Below, one piece after another: positions 45,554-57,416 of a DNA stretch of 64,000 bases. Every line of letters starts with the position of its first letter. The first letter of the stretch is position 1. The stretch spans positions 868,214 through 932,213 of the forward strand of contig NW_003314302.1 of NCBI RefSeq assembly GCF_000143415.4. The letters are read 5' to 3'. This DNA is from Selaginella moellendorffii. Lineage: Eukaryota; Plantae; Lycopodiophyta. The position numbers and the translations under genes were made by a program. The notes beneath the pieces are model-generated. The model did no database searches, had not been told where the DNA came from, and saw only the letters and a list, made by a program, of their open reading frames with translations.

Positions 45554-48367
45554 ATGGCCTCCGCAAGTGCGACGCATGTTCCCTCCGTGGATCTTAAGAA
45601 CCATGCTTGGATTCAGGCAAAGGTGTTTCTAAACAACCCCGAGGGGGAGGTGGTAGTTGAGGGCTTAGCCACAATTGTCGATCCAAGAGATGCGGTTGCT
45701 AATCAAGAATTGGGCTGGGATGATATTGGAGTTGCGATTTTAGAGGTTGTTGACACAGAAGAAAACAGTCTGACTATTGGAAGCATTGTGCGGTGGAAAT
45801 TGAGGCACTTAGTGTTTGAGAATGTGAAGGATTCACAATCAAACACCATTACAACTTATGACAGAACATCTCTTCATGGGAAAAGAAAGTACACCTTCCT
45901 AAAGCACAGCCAAAAGGATCTGAGCAACGAACCGAAAAGGCAGAAAATGGCGATGGAGGTTCGAATGGTCTCGACAGTTGCTTGTTGCAAGAGGAGGTGC
46001 TGTCAACATGCTGATTGGGATGCTATTGAAGAGGAGAGAGCAAGATACAAGACATTGTCCTGGAAGGCAGCTCACAATTTTGTGTATGAAGCATTACGGT
46101 CATCTGTTGATGCTTCAGAACATCAGGTGGGGGGCATGGTCTTCCAGAAGGGTTTGGTCTGCATGAAGGCATGGAGAATCATTTATGGACTCCCTCGAAC
46201 CACATTCTACAGAATCAAAACTGAGTTCGAGGAACAAAGGGTTCAACAGGCAGTCCATGGGAACGACAGTACGCACAAAACCAGGGGTCATGTTGTATAT
46301 AGAAAGGCAATCTTCAAGAGGTTTGTCGAGACATGTAGCGAGCAACAACCACATAAAACCCACCTCTTGGAAGATGGAACACGAGACACCCAACGAGTTC
46401 TCCCTTCCATGTATACCAAGGGGGCCATATTGGAAGATGTGAATCGGGAACTCCAGAGTAATGGCTACAGGAAGCTGAGCCAATCTAGATTTAGTAGATT
46501 GTGGAGCAACAGGTTCAGGGATGTGAGTATAGGAAAGTACTCCAGCTTTTCAAAGTGTGACGAGTGCACTGCTATCAAAATGGCTTTGTCGAAGAATTCT
46601 TGCAGCGCTCAAGAGCGAGAGACGTTGGTTAGAAGGCGGCTTGACCACAACATTGAGCAGAGAAGCTGCAGAACTACATATTATCATAACAGGATTCTCT
46701 CCATGGAGAGACCTGACTCTTACCTCTGCATCATCCACGACAAAATGGACCAGAAAAAGACGTGCTTACCTCAACTCAATCCTGCCCCCAAGGCAATCTC
46801 TTCATCCATGCAGCTGCCTGTGTCTCTATTTAGCATAATCGCTTATGGGCATGGTGCCCAGAACTATGGGAACTTCTTTGTACCTCTATGGGGTGGCGGG
46901 GGTGCAAACATGATGATTGCATCCCTAGCAAAACACTTGCAAAGTGTGCAGACTGAGCTGAACGGCCAACCCTTGCATAAGGCCCTTGTCGATCGAACCC
47001 CATACAGGGTTCAGCTGGAGGAGGAGCAAAGGCTTGCAGTATCGCGTGGGGCCCCATGTCATCCCAGTGAATATGTTGGCCGTCAGATTGTAGGGTTATC
47101 ACGTGAGGCCTCATGCCATTCCGACGAGGCTGGTCGCCCGGTGAATGCACAGCCTCATCCAAACGAAGTAGAATCTCAAGGAAGTTCTTGCGGCCGATGT
47201 GGCCTTCCACCCCATCTTCTGCTCCAAACAGACAATGCTGGCAGTGAGAACAAAAACATGTACGTCTTCGCGTACTTGGCGATGCTTGTTGCCAAAGGCA
47301 TATTTGAAACGGTTACACTTGGCTTTCTCATGGTTGGGCACACTCATGAAGACGTCGATGCCATGTTTAGTCACCTGGCAGAGTCCCTCCGGCGATCCAA
47401 TGTCCTCACCCTCCCACAACTCTACGATGAATTCCAAAATTGCATCAAAGGCACTGTTGAAGCTGCACTTGTGACAGAGGTTCCAAACTTTAAGGGGTTT
47501 GTAAAAGGCTACATCAGGGACCGATCCGAAACGCTGATTGGCCACTCCAAGCCTCTTCAGTTTCATTTCAGCATGCGTGACGGTGCTCTAGTGATGAGGT
47601 ACAAGATGAGAGAATGGGATACAGTGTGGCTGCTAGTGGACGGCATTGAACTCTTCAAAAGAGATCCCATAACTGGGGAACCTATGATTCCTCAGGGTTC
47701 CCCACGGCCGATGCACCCGGATGGACTTAAAGACCAGGAAAGTATAGTGGCCGGGATTAGACAGCATATTGCCTTCTGGAAGAGGGGGTTGGTGTTTGGT
47801 GGAGAATCCTATTTTCAGAGGTGCAAGCTTTTGCTCGAATACTGGGAGAAGATTATATCTGCTATCCAAAATGGGCCGGTTGTATATGAAGAATTGGAAG
47901 AGTCCTTTTGGCCAGAACCCAGAGCACCAGATAGTAGCGGAACAATGTCCTCTGGAAATGCAGTGACAGATAAAGATGTTGAGGATCACTATTGTGGGCC
48001 GAGGAACAAGAAGCCGGATTCAGCATTCAATCTAGTACAGGTCTGCAAAGGAATGGTCGTGCTTATCAGACCCAGTAATAAAAAACAAATGATATGGGTG
48101 GGGCGCTGCATCACTGATGCAGAGGAGGACGTGGAAACTAACTCCTTCAATGTAACTGTGGAGTGGTTCAAGCCAAGTTCCGGATATACGAAGGATTGCC
48201 TAGAAAAGAGATGGGTGCTGAATCCAAGGGATCCCAGCATGAGCATATCGGTGGATAATGTTGTGCATGGTTGGATGCGGAAGCAGAGTGCCACCATCAC
48301 CTTGCCAGACCATGCAAGAGATGCAGCAAGAGCATTCATAACCCGGGTTCAAGGTGAGATTCATTAA
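45554..48367 (+). CDS. Sola1-like (DUF7869-type) DDD transposase, intact 937 aa; possible short last exon near 48406-48440
   Basis: FSKCDEC..H, IIHDKMDQ, LQTDNAGSENKN and FLMVGHTHEDVDAMFS. It lies inside the TIR-bounded element. Confidence 0.8.
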   Translation: MASASATHVPSVDLKNHAWIQAKVFLNNPEGEVVVEGLATIVDPRDAVANQELGWDDIGVAILEVVDTEENSLTIGSIVRWKLRHLVFENVKDSQSNTITTYDRTSLHGKRKYTFLKHSQKDLSNEPKRQKMAMEVRMVSTVACCKRRCCQHADWDAIEEERARYKTLSWKAAHNFVYEALRSSVDASEHQVGGMVFQKGLVCMKAWRIIYGLPRTTFYRIKTEFEEQRVQQAVHGNDSTHKTRGHVVYRKAIFKRFVETCSEQQPHKTHLLEDGTRDTQRVLPSMYTKGAILEDVNRELQSNGYRKLSQSRFSRLWSNRFRDVSIGKYSSFSKCDECTAIKMALSKNSCSAQERETLVRRRLDHNIEQRSCRTTYYHNRILSMERPDSYLCIIHDKMDQKKTCLPQLNPAPKAISSSMQLPVSLFSIIAYGHGAQNYGNFFVPLWGGGGANMMIASLAKHLQSVQTELNGQPLHKALVDRTPYRVQLEEEQRLAVSRGAPCHPSEYVGRQIVGLSREASCHSDEAGRPVNAQPHPNEVESQGSSCGRCGLPPHLLLQTDNAGSENKNMYVFAYLAMLVAKGIFETVTLGFLMVGHTHEDVDAMFSHLAESLRRSNVLTLPQLYDEFQNCIKGTVEAALVTEVPNFKGFVKGYIRDRSETLIGHSKPLQFHFSMRDGALVMRYKMREWDTVWLLVDGIELFKRDPITGEPMIPQGSPRPMHPDGLKDQESIVAGIRQHIAFWKRGLVFGGESYFQRCKLLLEYWEKIISAIQNGPVVYEELEESFWPEPRAPDSSGTMSSGNAVTDKDVEDHYCGPRNKKPDSAFNLVQVCKGMVVLIRPSNKKQMIWVGRCITDAEEDVETNSFNVTVEWFKPSSGYTKDCLEKRWVLNPRDPSMSISVDNVVHGWMRKQSATITLPDHARDAARAFITRVQGEIH

Positions 48368-50002
48368 TATTCCTTTACTAAGTTTCTAATGTATTTTATT
48401 TCAAGGTGAACAATCCGAATCTGAATCAGAGGAGGCGTGATGGCATGTGGCCTTATGCCATTCCTAGGTGAGATGATACAAATAACAAGTATAAATTCTT
48501 AGTTGTTCTAGCAAATCTTACTTAAAGTTCAAGGTGAACAAGCCGAATATGAATTCATCGGATTGTTATAACAAATTGCGAGGTGATGGCATGAGGTGAT
48601 ACGCCATTTGAGAGTGGTAGCCATTCCTATATGAGGTGAGTGAAATATTTATTAGAAATACCTCATTCAATTGTGCACTTCTAAGTCTTGGTCCACTCAG
48701 TACTGTTTGCATGTTTTTATTTTAATTCTTTCTCTAAAATGTTATTTAGCATGTGGCTTCATGCCATTGCTCTCCACAATCATGCATTGAATTTTTCTAT
48801 CCTTGCATAATACTTCTCCATATATATAGCATGTGCGCACATGTGATATGGTTCATTAGGCCTGATATAGTGTGTGAGGTAAAACAAAGATGATGTGACA
48901 TATGCATTTACCAATCACACGTGCATAAATCTAATAATATGGCGTGTGGCCTATATTAATGGCACATAAACCCATATTATGGGCTTACGTGCTTTATGTA
49001 CCATCATTCCCTTGCAGCGTGTGTGTTGGTTTCCTTTTATAACACAACGAACTCCATATTTTAGGGTGAAGAGTGTTCTCATGGCAAGCACAAAATCTGT
49101 AAGTGAGGCAGAAAAGGAGACGGAGAAGGAGATAGGTGAAGATGTAGAATATATAAGTTTTCCAAACTCCCCGTACTATACTCCAGGTGATCATTTTTCT
49201 GAACAAACGGCAACATTAACAACTATCGAGAACGCCCCAGTAACGTCAGAGACAACAATCCAAAGCAAAACAACTGACCCGGAGAAGGATGATAGTACCG
49301 CTGAGAGTACCAAAAAGGAGGTGTCCACTAGCGCTTAGGCTTATAATGGCGTGTGCCCTCATGCCATTTACTTGATCACCAAATACCTTTTTCCCTTTGC
49401 ACTAGTATATCTTAATACCGGTCTGAGAAATAGAATGGCATGTGCCCTCAGGCCTTTTACTAAATCACCTTTGAAAGAAATGCAAGCCTCTATGTCGTAA
49501 AAAAAAGGTACTAGAGAAATTCCTTAATAATATGAATGTTATTTAGTTTCATGAAAATACACTAAGGGTCAAATGAGTTAAATGACTTCTCCAGACTAGC
49601 AATGCCTCTTGCTACACCTTCACAATTAGATTCGTTAGAAAAAGATAACATTGAATAATATCTAAATGTTCTCACCATTAAGTTATATGTCTGGCTAATA
49701 GGAATGACGTTCATCTTGGAAAGCTCACCACACGCTCAATGAATAAACAAATAGTGTGTGCGCGCATGCCATCGCTCTTCTTTAGCTTCAGATTCGGCTT
49801 GTTCACCTTGACAATGAGATTTATTATACAACCAGATGGACTCAGTCTGGACACAAAGTCACCCCGCTAGTCACCATGCCCCAGATATGTCTAGCCCCTG
49901 GACAAAAAACATATAATTTCACGTCATTTTTAAATACTTGAAAATTTGTACCTAGTCCCATTTTACTGAATAAATCCCACTTTAACGAAATAGAGCTTAA
50001 AT

Positions 50003-52460
50003 GTATTCTACAAAGGCTGGGTTCAAATCCCAACCCCTTAGTAAAGCAAGGGTGGGTTCAAGTCCCAACCCTATACTAGAGCGTGGTGAGGTGAGAGGTA
50101 TAGAAACACTTATATTCCATTGTTATGGGCTCCTGGTTGAAGAGGCTAACTTAGGCACACCACTAAATTGGGGGATGCCGGAGATATGGTCAACAATGCT
50201 CACTCCCACCCAAGGCCCCTCGGCCCTAGTCTCAACCTCAAGTCAGTTTGGAAGTTTGGAAGCACCACTGGAGAGTTCCTTCAAGACTGATTCTTGGACC
50301 TCACTATCCCTACTATACTTTTGGAACCCCTTGCAGCCCCCCCTCCTGGAAGACATATGCTTTGGGCTTTCACCCCATGACCTGTATTAGTATTTGGACT
50401 TGGTTTTGAACTCGTTCTTGGCCTCAGACTCGGTCTCAGACTTGATCTCGAACTCGATCTCGGACCCAACTTTAGACTTTGTCTTGGACTTGATCTTAGA
50501 CTCGGTCTAGGACCCGATCTCAGATCTTGGACTCGATTTTGAACTTGGTTTCGAACTCGGTCTCAGAGTCTGTCTCAGACTCAATCTCGATGAACTCTTT
50601 ATCATTTTGGTCGTGCTTTTGGGGATCCTTCAGCTTACAACACCTCGAGGAGTTGGTTCCTTACAACTCCACCACCCATAAAAGAAGTTCGATGCCCACA
50701 TTGAATGTCTTTTTTTAATTCTATGACTGGACTTATGTGGTGCCGGAGGGGCCGCCCAAGGAAGTGCTCAAAAGCAACTCCCACTCTTGGAAGGGAAACT
50801 AACTACGGTGCTCCCGACTCATGTAGAGTGATGCCTCACTTGAGTACCTTGTGACTCATTGGTCCTCGCCCTTCCTAGGGGCTTAGGCCTTCCCTTCAAG
50901 ATGTAAATGGGGGAGTAAGGGTACCCATACTGAGCCGTTAAGCCACAATGTTTCCCCCTAATGTCCCGAAGCAAGTGTTGCATCCAGGCTTGGGATTTAG
51001 AGGGTCCTATGATCAAGTTTTGTTGTACCAAAGGATGTTGGGAATCTAGAGGCTTGGTGTGCTTGGTTGCTTGTGTCTGCAGGGAATGTAACTAAATCTT
51101 AATTCTAGTTTAACCCAAAGAAGGGGATTAGGAAATAATTTGGGAATCTGTGGATGGATGGCTAACATTTTATTGCTTGTGCAATGAGCAAGTTGTAAGG
51201 AACCAACTCGCCGAGGTGTCGTAGGCTAAAGGAGCCCCGAAAGCATGACTAAAATGATAAAGAGTTCATCGGATGGGACGAGTCTAAGATCGAGTCCAAA
51301 GCCGACTCTAAGACCGAGTTCGAGATAGAGTCTAAAATCGAGTCCAAGGCCGACTCAGAGACTGAGTTCAAGACCGAGTTCGAGACCGAGTTCGAGACGG
51401 AGTCCGAGATCCAAAATCGGGTCTGAGACCGAGTCCAAGGTCGAGTCTGAGATCGGGTCCGAGATCGAGTCCGAGACCGAATCCGAAGTCGGATCCGAGA
51501 TCGAGTCTGAGATCGAGCCAGAGACTAAGTCTGAGTACTAATACGGGTCAAGGGGTGAAAGCCCAAAGCGTGCATCTCCCGGTGGGGGGCTCCAAAAGTA
51601 TAGTAGGGATAGTGAGGTCTAGGAACCAGTTTTGAAGGAACTCTCCAGTGGGGCTTCCAAATTGACTTGAGGTTGGGACTGGGACCGAGGGGCCTTGGGT
51701 GGGAGTGAGTATGGACTTGGTTGGTGCTAGAGGGGCCATCCAAGGAAGTGCTCAAGAGCAGCTCCCACTCCCGAAAGGGAAACCGACTGCGGTGCTCCCG
51801 GCTCATGTAGAGTGGTGCCCCACTTGAGTACCATGTGGCTCATTAGTCCTCGCCCTTCCTAGGGGCTTGGACCTTCCCTTCGGGATGGAAGTGGGGGGGT
51901 AGAGGTACCCATACAAGGCCGTTAGGCCACGGTGTTTCGCCCCAGCATCCCGAAGCAAGTGTTGCACCCAAGACTTGGGATTTAGAGGGTCCCATGATCA
52001 AGTCTTGTGGTACCAAGGGATGTTAGGAACCTGGAAGCTTAGTGTGCTTGGCTGCTTATGCTTGTGGGGAGTGTAGCCGAACCTTAAGTCCAGTCTAACC
52101 CGGGGAGGGGGATTGGGAGAGTTTTGGGAATCCGTGGATGAATGGCTAACACTCCGTTGCTCGTGCAGTGAGTAGCTGAAACCAAGTAGGACCAAGTAGG
52201 AGCTAGTACCATAGGCGGGAACCTTGGCGAGGGAACTTAGCAAAAGCCAAGGCAGTGTTGGATGGATAAACGAGGTAAGCTGGCAAATTGAAAAGGAAAA
52301 ATTTGTGGCTTACACAAGTAGGACCAAATAAGAGTTGGTACAATAGGTGGGAATCTTGGCGAGGGAACTTAACTAAGGGCAAGGCCATGGTGGTCGGATA
52401 GATGAGGTAAACTAATAAATTGGAAAGGAAAAATTTATGGCTTACATTATAATGATTATT
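50003..52460. mobile_element. Scrambled fragments of X-related LTR elements
   Basis: 50205-50665 is inverted relative to 51195-51705, and 50748-51190 is repeated at 51733-52170. GAGTCC/GAGACC minisatellite at 51280-51530. The reverse complement of the X-type PPT region lies at 50666-50705. Confidence 0.75.
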
Positions 52461-53490
52461 TGCCAATCTTTTTGGTATACATATGTCACAAGTGTATAGA
52501 GTTCTGTTAGTGCTTCACCATATAAACTCCTATATGATTATGATCCAATATTACCAATAGAGTTGAGTTTACCTTTGCAATTACCATGAGTTAGCAATGC
52601 TAGGTCTTAGGATTAGTATTGATGAGCATTCTTCCACTTGTCAAAGCTAAGTCTATTGAATATGTAAGCCATATATAAGTGGGACAACAACAATGCTATA
52701 ACTTCCAACAAAGTATAAAATAGATGACTTGCTTTTAATCTATTTTCCCATATGATTTGTCTAAAGGGTTCCCTGCTCAATGGAAGAAGGACCGTATCGG
52801 GTGTTGTGGCAAGTTGGATTATAAGTTTATGAGATTCAACATGATATTTAACATGTTAATTCCCTAGAAATTATGCATATGCAATAATTGAAATGCTTTA
52901 TATAAAAGGATCAGGAATAACTAATACCACCTATAGATCCAATGGTGCCTTTTTATGATGTTCCTCCAAATCCCAACCTATCAACTAGAGAACCCTAACT
53001 GCCTTCTATTCTTTCGAGAGGAGAGGGATAAGGTCGAAGTGTATGGCTATGTGTTGTATATAAATATTAACAGTCACACATTAATATTAGCATAGTGAGA
53101 TTTTGATAGCTATTGAATTGGTTTCAATTTAGACCATTTGCTCCTATATATAAACTAAGGTTTTTGGATTTATTCCTTTTCTATATTCCATGCACTCACA
53201 ATGTATTATTAAAATGACATATGGATCTATGAATTAAAAAATCTATGAACTTTAATAATTTTTCATATACTTATTAGTACAACTTACAAAAATAAAAATA
53301 ATTATTTATTCTAGATAATTATTTACTTGTTAAAACTTGTGAAGATTATTAGAGTTAATTACTTATCAATGTATTATATTAGTTAGCAAAAATTTACTGT
53401 ATATAAATTGGGAGTTATCCACTACAACTAAATGATGAAGTAATATAAGTTATACGCTTAAATAAAATTTCATGCTTTTAAGTATAAATT

Positions 53491-55904
53491 TTAAATGGCA
53501 GCCATTGGCTCGTGACAAAAGAAGCCTTTGGGTTGAACAAAAGCTCTCAATCCATCGATTCCCATCGTGGAGCCAACACCAGACCTCTTTCTTCCAGACC
53601 TGGGATGAATTTCCGGAGTGAAAGCAATCAAGAACAATGAAAAGAAAGTGGAAGTTACCATGGTACGCGAGGTGAGACCCGATCACAGCAGTTCCAATAG
53701 CCGGTGCCGACCTTCAACTCTACAAAAGATAAACGGAAGAAATCCAAAGAGTTTGCATCACTTAGAACAAGAAAGAATTCGAGCGAACCATTTAGAATTG
53801 CCTCTGCGTCTTCGAGATGCTTGCTAAAGACGCTGGCAGTAAGACCGTACTCTGTGTCGCTCATCAAAGTGGTGGCTTCGTCATCGTCTTCCACGCACTG
53901 CGAGAGTTTCTCCACTTCAAGACCCTAGTGGAAAAACAAATCAAAATCTTACCATCACACCCACGACAGGACCAAACGTTTCCTTCCGCATAATCGACAT
54001 TTGGTGATCAACATCTGTTAGAATCTGCAAGAAAGCCATCCTTGGTTTTCCCTCGTTCAGAAGATAGAAGAAACTTAAAATTTTACCGTCGGAGGAACGA
54101 AGTAGCCGACTTTGTGAGCAGTACTGTTTGTGGTGTCGCCACCGACGTCTACCTGAGCACCCCGATTAATTGCCTCGGCAAGCTGCAAAGATGGCCGAGA
54201 CAGGAATGAAAAGAACACAAAAGAAGTAAGAAAAATCTCGAAAAGCTCTAGTAAATACCAGTTTTCCGATTTTTTCTACTTGCTTTTTGGTGCAAAGAGG
54301 TCCAATATAAGTGTCCTCCAAAGTAGGATCTCCAATCTGTTGTTCAAAAAGAGTATCATCCACAAACAGAAATTGGTGATTCATATATTACCCTGTACGA
54401 ATGAGATATCTTCTTCAAAGCTTCCATGAAAGGAACATAGACCCGCTTGTTGACATATATTCTTCGTATAGAGCAGCAACTCTAGTACACAAAGCATGAA
54501 ATGAAGATTAAACAACTAGAAAGGTTACTTGTCCGGCGTTATAGAAAGCTCCATCCGCGACTGTGGTTGCCGTAGCTAGGATATTGGGGACATCGTGACG
54601 TATATAAGCAGCGTCTTTACCACCAAGCTCTAATTGAAGCTGTAAAATCAAAGAAAGAAAAAGAGAAGAAGAAAAACCCATAAGGTATGATATCTAAGTT
54701 ATTGTACTTGCCTTGACAAGGTTTGGAGAGGCTTTCTTCGCAATCTCCAAGCCAGTATCGTAAGACCCCGTGAAAAACAATCCACCAATGTCTTTATTTC
54801 CAGCAATCCTGGAGCCTGTGTCGGCTCCTCCGCTAGAGATGACAAACACGTCCTCTGGAATCCCAGCCTGCGTCCACACAAGTTAGAGCAAAAACTGCAG
54901 AGAAAAAAGAAGAAAAATCTTCTATATACATTGTGTAGCATGTCTGTGATCTCCTGGCCTGTGAGGCTCGCATTCTCGCTGGGCTTGTAAAGCACGCAAT
55001 TCCCAGTGAGAAGTGCCGGGGCGAAAACGTTCGCAGAGAGGAAGTAAGGATAATTCCATGCTGATATGTTTGCGATCTGGAAAGAGTGAGACCAGGATTT
55101 CTTCTTTACAGTGCTATGGAAAAAAAAAGCTTACCACACCGAGCGGCTCATACTGTACTTTCTCCTTCAATCTGGAGCTTTCCAGAACCGTTTGCGTTCC
55201 TATCACCTAGGACAACGTCCAAGATGACAACTTCGAATGAATGACGCTTTTACCTTTTCACAGTTTTCGACGAAGTAGTGAATCCGATCCACAGTGGCAG
55301 CAATCTCGCTCCTTGCTTGAGATATCGGCTTTCCTGTCTCGGAGGTGAGGATTTTTGCTAGCGTCGTCTAGACATACCAGGTAGAAGAAGATTGTTACTG
55401 CTCGAAGCAAACCGAGGAAGATAAATCTAGTCTACCTTTCTTGTTACCAAAGCATCAGCAAACTTTTCCAGAGCCGCCTGCAAGAAGAAAAATTCCTCGT
55501 GTGTGTGCAAAGAAGGAAAAAAAATAACCAGACCTTTCGTTGATCAACGTGTGTAAGCTTCCAGCGCTTGAGCCCCGTGTGTAGATACTCGAGCTTTCTT
55601 TCGATCTAAAAAAACCACACAAAATGGAGAACTAAGATCAGATGAAGAAGAAGAAGAAAAACAAAACCAATGTGTACATCAGGAATGGTGTCCTCTTGCA
55701 ACTCTCCTACTTTCTTCAGAGTAGCCGGATTCGTGATATCAAGAACATTTCTGTAACCAGGCCACCTGAAAAAAAAAAGGTTTTTTGCGAAGTCTCAATG
55801 AAAAAATCCGGAGGAAGAGAAAACCAAAAAACTTACGATGTGTTAGGCTTGATCGGCTTGTTGGCACGATAGAATCGCTTGACAATCTTGCAGAAACTAG
55901 CCAT
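53491..55904 (-). CDS. Aldehyde dehydrogenase, multi-exon, ALDH23-like, with a basic organellar-type presequence
   Basis: MASFCKIVKRFYR..., NPAT, WNYP, YKPSE, FFTGS, LELGGKD (catalytic Glu), NAGQSCCS (catalytic Cys), ETFGPV, YGLTASVFS and WNCCDRVSPRVPWSGRKRSG. Many short introns. Confidence 0.92.
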
Positions 55905-56192
55905 GAGCTTGCACTTTCAATCGATTTGGAGGAGCGCAAGAATGCCGCATTGCTCCATTTCCCCAATATAAACCCTAAGCCCTAGAATTTAAATTAACGT
56001 TAATCCAACAGTAAACCTGTGAGGCCCCCTGTTTTAGGGTTCTTGGAGGAAGGTGGAAGAAATGCACACTAAAATACGATGCAGCAGAAACTCCTGGCTG
56101 AATGCCGACAACTCACAGCTCGTATCGAGCCTGCACCAGCACGATTTCTTCCTCGACCTGGCCTCTAGAAGTGGGACGATCGGGAAAGATCC

Positions 56193-57416
56193 ATGATCTT
56201 GGCGATTTCTGAGGGCGTCGCCTATGAGATGCCGTGGCCGAGTTTGATGGAGCCCAGCAGCGATCGTCTAGACGTTCAAAGCTGGCTGCTAGGAAGGGCA
56301 TGCTTTCGGGATTTTCTGGAGGAGTTCTTGGCGCTGCCAAAGGCAAGAACGCTCGAGCTCGATGGTGCTGTTGGTAGTGGGGCGGTGATGCTGGCATTGC
56401 GATGCTTGCGATGCTTGCGAGACTTCGGGATGGATCGCAGGCATGGAGTGGAGCGACGAAGGCTTGTCTATCTCCCGGCCGTCCCTTCCCCTCAATCGAT
56501 GTTCTTCCTCGCGCTTCGCTCGGCGCTGTGGCTTGCCTTCTGGGACGATGCTGCCATCCAGCGCAAGATCGCCTTCCAGAAGACGCTCGACGAGCTCCAC
56601 TACTTGATCACGGAGCTCCGCGAGTCGGACAATCACTGGTACTGCATCTCCGATGGCTGGGACGAGCTCGAGCGCTCTGTGGAGTTTAAGAACGGACTTC
56701 CACACGTCGAACACGAATCCTCGTCTTTGCGAGCTCGAAGAAATCCATCACCGCCATCTCCAGAGAGTCTCGGACGTGGAGGCTGCAGCGTTCCTGGCAA
56801 AGCATGGAGTGGTGGCCGACGCGAAGTATCTCACAGGAAACTCGCCGCTCCTCTCGTCCGAGCTCGTCGCCAGCGTCAAGCGCCGCGAAGCATTCACTTC
56901 TCAACCCGCGGCCAGCTTTCGAGCAAGCGATCACCCTGGCTCTCGCGGTGAATCACCTCGGACTTGATTCTCTCGATGGATCGGACCATCGCCTCCAAAC
57001 CAGTCCTCATCTCGTCGTCCATTTCGAGACCTCTGGCTTGGACATGAGATGGCTTGGCGACTAGGCTACGCCACGACTTGGTGCTGAGAGTTTTGGAGCA
57101 AGGGCCGGGCCTCGCCGCTGCTGGTTTGGGGCTTGGCCGACCGCGCGATCCAGACCTTGCTCTCGTGGCTGCCATGCCGGAGAGAGTGTTCTTGGCTGCC
57201 GCCAAGCACTACAAAGTCGGGGGGAGCGATTGCATGTTACGTACTTCGATGACAAGCCCGACAGAGCGGCTTCGAAATTTTGCCTACCCTGATCTATTAG
57301 TAGGAGCTGATTTGGGGACCAAGAAGGTGCTCAGAGTGCTGGTGTTGGACAAAAGGTCAACGATGACTTATTTTCATCTAGATGTCCTCTTTACAACAAA
57401 ATACCAACCTTGCTAG
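56193..57416 (+). pseudogene. Degenerate, frameshifted paralog of the CR-type NTPase at 31713
   Basis: LLGRACFRD / LELDGAVGSGAV / RLVYLP / LRSALWLAFWDD / ISDGWDELE / YLTGNSPLL align in order with YIGRRRAKD / LQIQGAKGSGKS / KVVYLC / LRHALLVASGGD / VVDDWDKFE / CLTGGMPRLL. The frame changes near 56690. Confidence 0.6.

Larger units (their letters stand above)
36677..49998 (+). mobile_element. 13.3-kb TIR DNA transposon, Sola1-like, carrying cargo gene(s)
   Basis: TIR AAGCTCTATTTC(A/G)TTAAAGTGGGA at both ends and 4-bp TSD AGAT/AAAT. The joined flanks TCCGT-AGAT-GTATTCTACAAAGGCTGGGTTC match a paralogous empty site TCCGTAGATGCATATACGGAGGTTGGGTTC at ~16414-16443. Confidence 0.88.

Noticed and set aside
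48979-49338. Separate small gene in the transposon 3' region
   Set aside because: Low-complexity Thr/Glu-rich ORF with no motif. It might be an alternative last exon, but this is unsupported.
37063-49457. CRISPR-like array of palindromic repeats
   Set aside because: The spacing is irregular, there are no cas genes, and the context is eukaryotic and spliced.
53491-55904. Bacterial contamination suggested by the bacterial-type ALDH
   Set aside because: The gene has many spliceosomal introns and a telo-box promoter.
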